Shown here: positions 30,001 through 38,115 of the stretch, in pieces
Layout of the letters: each line of letters begins with the position of its first letter
Numbering within the stretch: the first letter of the stretch is position 1
Source: Blastocatellia bacterium
GTDB taxonomy: Bacteria; Acidobacteriota; Blastocatellia; UBA7656
Direction of reading: 5' to 3'
Assembly: GCA_035275065.1 (NCBI GenBank)
Contig: DATENM010000129.1
Span: forward strand, 13,409 to 77,408
DNA length: 64,000 nt
Notes under the pieces: model-generated
Told to the model about the DNA's origin: nothing
The model's database searches: none
The model's input: only the letters and a program-made list of their open reading frames with translations
Translations under genes and position numbers: made by a program

Positions 30001-31284
30001 GAGGCCGCTGAAGCGCAATTCCGCAAAGGGCGAGGACTTCTTCTGGTCGGCGGCGGGCGGGGCGCTCGACATCGAGAACATGACCTGGAACAGCGGCGCG
30101 TAGCTCAGGCTACGCTCAGGCTTCAACTCCTCAATCAGTCGCTCGAAAGGCAAATCCTGATGCGCCTGCGCTCCCAGAAAGACCTCGCGCACATGGCCTA
30201 TGGCCTCGCGGATCGTCATGTCGCTGGGAAGCTTCGACCGCATCACCACCGTGTTCAGGAAGAAGCCGATCAGCGGCTCCGTCTCGATGCGGCTGCGGCC
30301 CGCTAACACCGTGCCGACGGCGATATCTTGCTGCCCACTGTGGCGGCAGAGCAGGACCTTGAGCGCCGCCAGAAGGACGACGAACAGCGTCACCCCCTCG
30401 CGCTGGCTCAGGGCGCGGAGCCCTTCGGTCAGTTCCGCCGACAGCGTCAGCCCTTCAGTAGCCGCCCGGTAGGTGCGCCTGTCTGAGCGCCGCCGGTCGG
30501 TCGGCAAATCCAGGGCTTGGATGCCCTCCAGTTGTTGTTTCCAGTAGGCGAGCTCGCCGGCCAGCACGTCGCCCTGTAACCACTGCCGCTGCCAATGACT
30601 GTAGTCGGCAAACTGTATTGGCAAGTCGGCCATCGGCGACGGCATGCCCGTGCCATAGGTCTGGTAGAGCATTCCCAGTTCCCGCATAAATATCTCGCCC
30701 GACCACAGGTCAGAGACGATGTGGTGCATCGTCCGCAACACCGCATAGCATCGCTTATTCTTAATCAAGCTGACCCGCAAGAGCGAATCTTCGGCCAAAT
30801 CGTAGGGCCGACGGGCCTCTTCTGCGGCCAGCCGGCGAGTGACGGCCTCCTGCTCAGGCTCGCTCAATCCTTCGAGATCAACGGTCGGCAGCGGCTGCTG
30901 TCGTGCGGCGGCAATCACCTGGACGGCTTGACCATCCTCGCTTACAAAGTTGGTGCGCAGGGATTCGTGCCGCCTGATAACCTCGTTAAGCGCCTGGCTC
31001 ATCGCCGACACGTTGAGCCGCCCGCTGATCTGCCCGGCCAGCGATATGTTGTAAGTCACGCTGCCGGGATTTAACTGATCCCATATCCACAGCCGCTCCT
31101 GCGCAAACGAGAGCGGTATCGGCTGATCGGGCGGGCGCGGGGGGATACTGCCGGGGCGGGAATCCTCCGGCGCGGCGACTTGCAACCGGCCCAATAGCGC
31201 CGCCTGTTTTTCCGATGGCAGGCTGGCCCGCCGCATGGCGAGGCGGCCGCGGCGGCGCTCGATCTCCTCTCTTGCTGTCGTCAT
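27097..31284 (-). CDS. NRPS termination module C-A-T-TE
   Basis: C domain: [24 protein letters not shown]. A domain: [91 protein letters not shown]. T domain [12 protein letters not shown]. TE domain [21 protein letters not shown] (GxSxG). The track ORF starts at 31452 and overlaps the upstream GT gene, so I chose ATG 31284 ([13 protein letters not shown]). Confidence 0.85.
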   Translation of the reverse strand: [1395 protein letters not shown]

Positions 31285-31336
31285 AAAGGTTCTCTGAATG
31301 GGCAGACGATGGGCGGCCTTCGTTTCTGCATCACCG

Positions 31337-32515
31337 TCAGTTTGCGGTGCGCCGCTTCGGCGAGAAGGCCGCGGCGGCCTCGTTCGCCGGCCCGGCCGCT
31401 TCAGGGCGTAGCTGGGAGAGTACCAGGCGGACGGCATCGGCTGCCGCTTCACGTTGCTTGAAGCATTCTCCCATTTGCCTGCACCGCGTCTGGAAAGAGG
31501 GGGTGCGTGCGATCTCGTCGATCATCGAATGGATCATCTCGACCGATATCTGATTGATGTTTCCCCGCAGCCCGAGTCCATGATGGACGACGCGAGCGGC
31601 GACCGCCGGGTGGTCGCGAATCAGCGGGAATACCAGCATGGGAACGCCATAGAAGATGCACTCCTTGACCGTGTTAAACCCGCCGTGTGTGATCATCAGC
31701 GTGGTTTTCTGTAAGACCTCTAGCTGCGGCGCGCGATTGACAAGGATGATGTTGGGCGCGACATCACCGAAGTCTTCGGGGTTCAAGTGCGCGCCAGTGG
31801 TCAGAACCAACTGCCAGTCCTGGCGCGCCGAGATGGCGTCGATGACGGTCTGTAAGACCTTCCGACCGCCGGTGATCAAATGGCTCTGGCTGCCCAGCGA
31901 GCAGTAGATCACCGGCCTGTGGAGGTCGAGCCGCTCCCAGGGGAAAGCGACGTCCCGCCGCTGCTGGTCAATGGAAGCCTCGACATAATGGCAGTTGTCT
32001 CGCATGCGGGCGCGCGGGAAGTCGAATTCCTGCGGACACAAAATCAGTTCCGGGACGTCCAGAAGCCGCCGGTAGTCTGCGGCTTTGCGCGCGTCTTCCC
32101 ACGGGTCGTAAAACTGCGTGTTCAGAAAGACGCTGGCGAGCTTGAGCTGCTTGGACAGCAAGGCCACCATCGAAAGCAGCAAGTCGATGACCAGTACGTT
32201 TGGCCGCAGGCTGGTTACAGTCTGCGCCAATTCCGCCATCAGGTCAGCGGCCTGCCGCCCTCGCTGGGCGGCGGTTAGGATGGCCGCAAAAGGTTCGACC
32301 TCGCGGCTGGCGACGTGCTGACTGATGAACCCTTTCGCGATGGTGTCAGGAAACAGCGGTTGGAATTGGAACTGCTGAAGCCGCACGGGCGCTTCAAAAT
32401 CCGAGATTCCCAGATAGGTGACCTCGTGGCCGAGCGCCTTTAATTGCCGGGCCAGCTTAAAGCTGGCGTACAGGTGCCCGGTTTCGGGGAACGGGATGAA
32501 TACCATTCTTGCCAT
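31337..32515 (-). CDS. GT1-family (MGT/Gtf-like) glycosyltransferase
   Basis: N-terminal MARMVFIPFPETGHLYASFKLARQLKALGHEV (GT-B N-domain) and C-terminal HHGGFNTVKECIFYGVPMLVFP (UDP-sugar binding region). Start is uncertain among 32506, 32515 and 32563. Confidence 0.7.
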   Translation of the reverse strand: MARMVFIPFPETGHLYASFKLARQLKALGHEVTYLGISDFEAPVRLQQFQFQPLFPDTIAKGFISQHVASREVEPFAAILTAAQRGRQAADLMAELAQTVTSLRPNVLVIDLLLSMVALLSKQLKLASVFLNTQFYDPWEDARKAADYRRLLDVPELILCPQEFDFPRARMRDNCHYVEASIDQQRRDVAFPWERLDLHRPVIYCSLGSQSHLITGGRKVLQTVIDAISARQDWQLVLTTGAHLNPEDFGDVAPNIILVNRAPQLEVLQKTTLMITHGGFNTVKECIFYGVPMLVFPLIRDHPAVAARVVHHGLGLRGNINQISVEMIHSMIDEIARTPSFQTRCRQMGECFKQREAAADAVRLVLSQLRPEAAGPANEAAAAFSPKRRTAN

Positions 32516-32700
32516 AAGATGGTCAGGGAATCTGGGTCCGCGTGGGAACTGCGCCCCGCGCAATCAAGCGCGACGCCGGGGCTCCAGGCGCGCGCCGAGT
32601 CAGGACTCAATGGGCCGGCGGTCGGCGACGGCCTCGGCGAAGCCGTTGCGCGCCTGGTCATCATTGGTGTGCGAAAGGAAGTTGAGGGCCAGCCGGCGAC

Positions 32701-32791
32701 AGGCTACCGCATGTTGCACCGCCTCGCGTGCCGCTTTGCGTTTCGCGTTTCAGCCCTATCAAAGGTGAACAGGCTACCGCATGTTGCACCG
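32701..32791. repeat. Imperfect direct repeat: 21-bp core AGGCTACCGCATGTTGCACCG twice, 70 bp apart, each followed by a related ~11 bp tail
   Basis: Read directly at ~32701-32721 and ~32771-32791. It is adjacent to the IS630 remnant. Confidence 0.6.
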
Positions 32792-33000
32792 TCTTGTGTG
32801 CCTGCCTTAAAGGGCTATGTATGGATGCTGACCGGGCGATACGGCCTGGGCGTCCGCCCGCAGCCGCGACTGAAGGGCCTGGTCCAGCGGCAATGAGCCG
32901 ACCTTTACGATCACTCTGCCGCCAAAGAGAAAATAGCCAATCGCGAGTCGGAAGTCTTGAAGCCTACATCAATTTCCATTCAAAGTTTTTTAAACCTTCT

Positions 33001-33495
33001 TCATGCGTCTTTATCGCGACGCCGGGCAGGGTCGGGCCCGCTCGCGTGGCCTGCGGCATTTTGCTTTCGCGCCGATTTCGAGAGAAATCGGCTGAGTCCG
33101 TGCCGCCGGAGGCGCGCGGAGATTTGCTGCTGCGACAGGCGGACGCCGTACTCTGCAAGGACCTTTTCAGCCAGGGCCTTCAGCGTCCAGCGGCGGCCAT
33201 CCGGGCGGCCTTCTTTGATGGCAGTCAGCAGCGCCGCCTCCTGCTCAGGGTTCAACTTTGCGGTGCGTCCGCCCGTATGCTTGTACTTTAGCGCTTCAGG
33301 CCCGGCAAGGTTGAATTGTTTGATCCAAGTGCGTACGGTTTTTGGCGAGCGGCCCAGAATGCGGGCGATTTCGGTCGGGGCCATCCCCTGGCCGCGTAAG
33401 TAGATAGACTTCAGGCGCTGGCGCGTCCTGCGGTCGGTCGCTTGCGAGCAGAGTTGCTCAAGGGCAGTGAGATCGTAGCGGTCTAGTCGTTTCAT
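33001..33495 (-). mobile_element. IS630/Tc1-family transposase N-terminal HTH fragment (remnant; no DDE catalytic domain)
   Basis: APTEIARILGRSPKTVRTWIKQFNLAGPEALKYKHTGGRTAKLNPEQEAALLTAIKEGRPDGRRWTLKAL is the typical IS630 ORF1 winged-HTH region. The ORF ends after 164 aa with no DDE domain downstream. Confidence 0.6.
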
Positions 33496-33933
33496 AGGCG
33501 CGCGCGTTCTGACCTCCGGCGACCGATCTGGCCGCGAAGTTGTTGTGATTTTTTAACAAGTAGTCGCTGTGCAGCTTACGGCCCATCTCAATCCTGAAAT
33601 GCTCTTGTAGCGTCTGTGGGTTTACTGTAAAATGCGATTCGGTATACGCTTGAGAGGGGTAAGGATCGAACTCGCGGGCGGCGATACAGCCGGAATGTCT
33701 GGCATGATACGCTGCTTCCGAATTGATCAGGGCCAGTGAAGGTTGGGACTGATCTGGCGTCGTCCGGCTTGAAGGCAGTTACGCTTGGAGACGTCTCCAC
33801 TGGCTTTAATCCTGGCATCGACAGAGCGGTAGGCCCATCACTACTGAGTATCCCCCCTGATTTAACTTATTGATAACCTCAGGCGTGTCCATCTTCTGCG
33901 TCCGGTTTAAATTTCTCAATTCTCGATTTAGCT

Positions 33934-35721
33934 ATGCCAGGAGTATCTATGGTAAAGGCGGCGATTGAGTTTATCTACATAAAACAGATCTACCGATTCG
34001 GCCCGTTCACCCTCGACACCGGACAGCGCCTGCTGACGCGCGACGGTGGAGTCGTGCCGCTCACTCATAAAGCTTTTGAAACGCTCGCGCTGCTAGTTCA
34101 ACACAATGGCCGCGTTCTTCAAAAAGAAGAGATGATGAAGAGCATCTGGCCCGACAGCTTTGTCGAAGAGGCCACGCTGGCACAGAATGTATTCATCCTC
34201 AGAAAGGTTCTGGGCGAAACCCCGCTCGGGACGCGTTACATCGAGACCGTGCCGAAGTACGGCTACCGCTTTGTCGCCGAGGTCGAAGAGGTCGCGCCGA
34301 GTCCCGGCGGACAGGTGACCGAAGCCCGAAACGGCAGCCGGACGGCCAAGTCTGTCGCCGTCCTGCCCTTCAAGGTGCTGACCAGCGACACCGGCAGCGA
34401 GTATTTCGGCATCGGCATGGCCGACGCCCTGATCACCCGTTTGAGCAACATTGAAGAGGTCACCGTCCGCCCGAGCAGCGCCATTTTGAAATACGACCGG
34501 CCGGATGTTGACCTCTGCGCCGCCGGCAGCGAGTTGAAGGTCCAGTTACTTCTGGACGGCATCATCCAGCGTTTCGGCGACCGCATTCGTGTCACAGTCC
34601 AACTGGTCAACACAGAAGACGGCGCGCCCCTGTGGGCGGGCAAGTTTGACGAGAAGGTCACCGACATCTTCGCCATTCAGGACATCATATCGGGGTTGGT
34701 TGTCGAAGCCCTGACCCTTAAGCTGACCAGCGCCCAACGGGTGCGGCTGACCAAGCACCACACCAAGAATTCGGAAGCTTATCGCTACTACCTCAAGGGC
34801 CGCTATCTTTGGAGCAAGTGGACGAAAGAGGGATTCAACAAAGGGATCGCCCTGTTCGAGCATGCCATCAAACTAGAGCCTGATTACGCCTTGCCTTATG
34901 CCGGCATCGCCGACACTTATATTTCCATGTGCTTCTATGGGCACATGCGCTCTTACGAGGCAATGACGAAAGTCAAAACCAAGGCCAGAAAAGCGTTGCA
35001 GCTCGACGACCAACTGGCCGAGGCGCGCTTGCCGCTGGCGGCTGCCCTATTCTTTTATGACTGGGACTGGGCGGGTGCCGAAGAAGAATTTAAGCGCGCC
35101 ATCCAAGCCAACCCGAATTACGCCGCCGCGCACCAGTCATACGGCCTGTACCTGATCGCCATGAGCCGCTTCGACGAAGCTCTGGCGAGTATGCACAGGG
35201 CGCAGGAAATCGACCCGGTTTCCCCGCTCATCAAGACCACAATCGGCTTCCCCTACTACTACTCCGGCCAATACGAGCAGGCCATCAGGCAGTACCACGA
35301 AGCGCTGGAGGAAGACCCGTCCTTCGGCCTGACCCGTGTGGCGCTGGCCGATGTCTACACGCGATTGGGGAGCTATGAGCAGGCCATCGAGAGTTACGAG
35401 CAGGGGCTGGCGATGTGGGAAGAAAAATCGGTCCTGCCATACCTGGGTCATGTTTACGGCTTGTCAAACCGGCGGCAGCAGGCTCTCGACGTCCTCAATA
35501 AGCTGAAGCGGCTGTCCGGCCAGGAGTATATTTCGCCCTTCTCTATGGCGGTCGTTTGCGCCGGCCTCGGTGAGGCCGACGAGATGTTCGACTGGCTTGA
35601 AAAGGCTTACGAGGAGCGTTCCAACAAGCTCGTCTTTCTCGACGTTCAACCGGTCTTTTACCCGTTTCGCGGCGACGCGCGCTTCATCGACCTGCTGCGG
35701 CGCATCGGGTATGAGCCTTGA
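33934..35721 (+). CDS. CadC/OmpR-type winged-helix DNA-binding regulator with TPR repeats
   Basis: N-terminal trans_reg_C-like region (FGPFTLDTGQRLLTRDGGVVPLTHKAFETLALLVQHNGRVLQKEEMMKSIWPDSFVEEATLAQNVFILRKVLGE), then a TolB-N-like segment SVAVLPFKVLTSD, then TPR-like repeats (AIQANPNYAAAHQSYGLYLIAMSRFDEALASMHRAQEIDP...). Confidence 0.65.
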   Translation: MPGVSMVKAAIEFIYIKQIYRFGPFTLDTGQRLLTRDGGVVPLTHKAFETLALLVQHNGRVLQKEEMMKSIWPDSFVEEATLAQNVFILRKVLGETPLGTRYIETVPKYGYRFVAEVEEVAPSPGGQVTEARNGSRTAKSVAVLPFKVLTSDTGSEYFGIGMADALITRLSNIEEVTVRPSSAILKYDRPDVDLCAAGSELKVQLLLDGIIQRFGDRIRVTVQLVNTEDGAPLWAGKFDEKVTDIFAIQDIISGLVVEALTLKLTSAQRVRLTKHHTKNSEAYRYYLKGRYLWSKWTKEGFNKGIALFEHAIKLEPDYALPYAGIADTYISMCFYGHMRSYEAMTKVKTKARKALQLDDQLAEARLPLAAALFFYDWDWAGAEEEFKRAIQANPNYAAAHQSYGLYLIAMSRFDEALASMHRAQEIDPVSPLIKTTIGFPYYYSGQYEQAIRQYHEALEEDPSFGLTRVALADVYTRLGSYEQAIESYEQGLAMWEEKSVLPYLGHVYGLSNRRQQALDVLNKLKRLSGQEYISPFSMAVVCAGLGEADEMFDWLEKAYEERSNKLVFLDVQPVFYPFRGDARFIDLLRRIGYEP

Positions 35722-35729
35722 GCAATGGC

Positions 35730-36512
35730 TCAGAGGGGCTGTGCCAGCCGCATGAGTTCTTCAGACAGCGCCTTCAAGACCTCGGTTTCGGCGCTGTGAA
35801 TAAAGAAGTGGTCGCCGCCGAACAGGCGCAGCGCGAATCGCCCGGTCGTCTCTTCCCGCCATGCGTCCAGGTCTTCGCCCGTCACTTGCTGGTCGTCAAG
35901 TCCGCCGAAGGCGCTGATCGCACAATCCAGCGGCGGCTCTGGCTCATAGCAATAGCTCGCACACAGCGCCAGGTCGGCCTTTAGCGCCGGCAGCATTAAT
36001 TGCACGAGCGCCGCCATGTCCGGCGTCAACCGGCTCATCTGGTTGAGACGTTGCACCTCGTCGAGAAACTGAAGCGGCTGCTGATTCTGTACCGAGTCAG
36101 GCCAGCGCAGGCGACGCGGCGCGCCCGCCGCCGAGATGAACAACTGGGCCGGTCGCAGGCCATAAGCCCTGCGGAGGTGTCGGGCAAGTTCAAAACAGAT
36201 CAACCCGCCCATGCTGTGCCCCCAGAAGGCGGCGGGGCGATCTAAATAAGGGAGCAATGGACGCTCAAGCGCCTGCACCAACTGCGACAAGCGGTCAAAG
36301 GGCGTCTCCTGGAGGCGGCGCTCCCGCCCGGGCAGATGCACCAGACATAGTTCGACCTGATCAGGCAAGCGGCTCGCCCATCTGTAATATACGTTACTTC
36401 CTCCGCCCGCGTAGGGGAAGCAGAACAAGCGCAGCGCGGCGGCCGGGTTTGGCTTCGGGAAGCTAATCCAGGCGTGGGAAACCGATCCTTCTGTCCTATT
36501 GAAGAATGTCAT
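35730..36512 (-). CDS. Type II thioesterase (editing TEII)
   Basis: CFPYAGGGSNVYYRW, GHSMGGLICFELA (GxSxG), C-terminal GGDHFF. The track ORF (391 aa) carries a spurious Arg/Pro-rich N-terminal extension. The real start is ATG 36512 (MTFFNRTEG), confirmed on the sequence. Confidence 0.8.
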   Translation of the reverse strand: MTFFNRTEGSVSHAWISFPKPNPAAALRLFCFPYAGGGSNVYYRWASRLPDQVELCLVHLPGRERRLQETPFDRLSQLVQALERPLLPYLDRPAAFWGHSMGGLICFELARHLRRAYGLRPAQLFISAAGAPRRLRWPDSVQNQQPLQFLDEVQRLNQMSRLTPDMAALVQLMLPALKADLALCASYCYEPEPPLDCAISAFGGLDDQQVTGEDLDAWREETTGRFALRLFGGDHFFIHSAETEVLKALSEELMRLAQPL

Positions 36513-36589
36513 AAAACCTACACCGACATGGTTGGGCGCTGCGCCGCCGCTCTTCACGTCAGGGACGGGCGTCGTCCGGCTGGCGCGTG

Positions 36590-38020
36590 TCAAACGGCCA
36601 GTGGCGGCATATTCATAATCCGACAGTCGAGGTCTGCAAGCATCACCTCGATGAGCTTCTGGTAGCCGGCGGCCATCTGAGTTATCTCCTCTTGGTCGAA
36701 TAAGCCGCTGTCGTATTCGATCCTGCCTTCGATGACCCGCTCCGTTTCTCTCAGGACAAGGGCCAGATGGCCATGACATGCGCCGGTCTCCGGCTCTTCT
36801 TCGAGGATCTTCAGGTCGCCGGCCTGGTACGTCAATGCTTCGGCATCTTCCATAGCGAAGGTCACATCGAGGGGGCAATCCACCGCGGGGTCGGCGACAA
36901 CCCATTCGCGGGGGATTTCCTGGTGCTCAAAGGCTTCGATCAGGCTCTCCTTCAGCCTGCGAAATATGACGCGAAAGCTGGGATTGCCGCTCAGGTCGAG
37001 CTTGATCAGCAGGAGGTTGGAGAGCGGCCCGACCAGGGATCGCAGTTCGGTGCGGTTGCGGTTCGCGACCATCGTGCCGACGGCCACCTCTTCCTGCCCG
37101 CTGTAGCGGCTGAGCAGCACCTGCCAGCCGGTGAGGAGGATCATGTAGGGAGTCAGGCCCTCGCGGCGGCCCGTCCGTCGAACATGCCGGCTCGCCGCCT
37201 CGCCGAGGTTCACTTTATGCCGCTTTACTGACCCGCTCACCGCCTCTCGACCGCCGCGCGCGCTCAAGCGCCCGTGCGGCAATCCCCCTGCCGGTTGTTG
37301 CCGCCAATACTCAAGGTCCAGATCGAAGTCGCCGGCCTCGAAGCGGCTCCTCTGCCACATCGCAAAATCGCCGTAGCCGACCTCCAGTTCGTTCAAGCTG
37401 CAAGGGACCCCCGCCGTGATCGATTCGTATGATCGGCTCAGTTCATCCACCAGGATCTTCTTCGACCAGTCGTCGCAGATGATCTGATGCAGGGTCAGCA
37501 TCAACAATTGCTCATGCGAGCTCAACGCGATGAGGCGGCTGCTGAACAGCGGCAGTCGCTCAAGGGCAAAGACCATGTCGGCCTGCTCGCCGCACAGCCG
37601 CTCGCAGTTAGTGACCTGCGCGGAGGCCGGCAGGCGGCTTAAATCGGCGAGGCTGACTTCCAGGTTCACAGACGCCGCGGCCTGCTGAACTAGAAGGCCG
37701 TCGCTCTCGACAAACCTCGTGCGCAGAAGTTCATGCCGCCTGACCAGGCTGTTGAGGGCCTCGTCCAGGGCCGTGACATTGAGAGACCCTGAGAGGCGAA
37801 GCCTTACCACTTCATTCTGGCCGATGCGGCGCGGGTCAGCATGCCAGGCTTTCCAGAGGCGCTCCTGCGCCGGCGTCAGCCGGCAGGGTTCAGCCGCGCT
37901 CCGGTTCGGAATCGGCAGCCGGGGAGGCAGGGCGATCCCACTGTCCCTGAGCAATTGTTCAAACAGCCGCTGTTTTTCAACCGAGAACGGTTGTATCTTG
38001 CTTTTAGAAGAGTCTTTCAT
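36590..38020 (-). CDS. Stand-alone condensation-domain-like protein with HQxxxDD in place of HHxxxDG
   Basis: C1/C2 motifs (LTPAQERLWKAW, RRHELLRTRF), TLHQIICDDWS at aa 179-185, and a C4-like YGDFAMWQ. No A or T domain is present. Start at ATG 38020 (TTG 38023 in the track). Confidence 0.75.
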   Translation of the reverse strand: MKDSSKSKIQPFSVEKQRLFEQLLRDSGIALPPRLPIPNRSAAEPCRLTPAQERLWKAWHADPRRIGQNEVVRLRLSGSLNVTALDEALNSLVRRHELLRTRFVESDGLLVQQAAASVNLEVSLADLSRLPASAQVTNCERLCGEQADMVFALERLPLFSSRLIALSSHEQLLMLTLHQIICDDWSKKILVDELSRSYESITAGVPCSLNELEVGYGDFAMWQRSRFEAGDFDLDLEYWRQQPAGGLPHGRLSARGGREAVSGSVKRHKVNLGEAASRHVRRTGRREGLTPYMILLTGWQVLLSRYSGQEEVAVGTMVANRNRTELRSLVGPLSNLLLIKLDLSGNPSFRVIFRRLKESLIEAFEHQEIPREWVVADPAVDCPLDVTFAMEDAEALTYQAGDLKILEEEPETGACHGHLALVLRETERVIEGRIEYDSGLFDQEEITQMAAGYQKLIEVMLADLDCRIMNMPPLAV

Positions 38021-38115
38021 CAACCAAATCAGCGGGGCATCTGATTTCAGACCATCAACAAATGGGCGAGGGAGAGTGGTCCGTTATTACTTCGATTAGC
38101 GAATCAATCGCCGGC

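Noticed and set aside
31285-31452. N-terminal 56 aa of the 1451-aa termination-module ORF (track start 31452).
   Set aside because: It overlaps the 3' end of the upstream GT gene by >100 nt and is Arg/Pro-rich. An internal ATG 31284 followed by a typical ~60-aa NRPS N-terminal docking region is more plausible.
33640-33720. tRNA-like fragment (GGATCGAACTC resembles a reverse-complemented T-arm) near the IS630 remnant.
   Set aside because: The flanking 5-nt segments do not pair as a T-stem in any register, and no acceptor stem or CCA context is evident. I consider it chance similarity.
35730-36905. Full 391-aa track ORF for the thioesterase gene, including a 131-aa N-terminal extension (MGCRRPRGGLPP...).
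   Set aside because: The extension is Arg/Pro-rich and has no TEII homology. A canonical ATG (MTFFNRTEG) with plausible spacing begins the conserved TEII fold at 36512.
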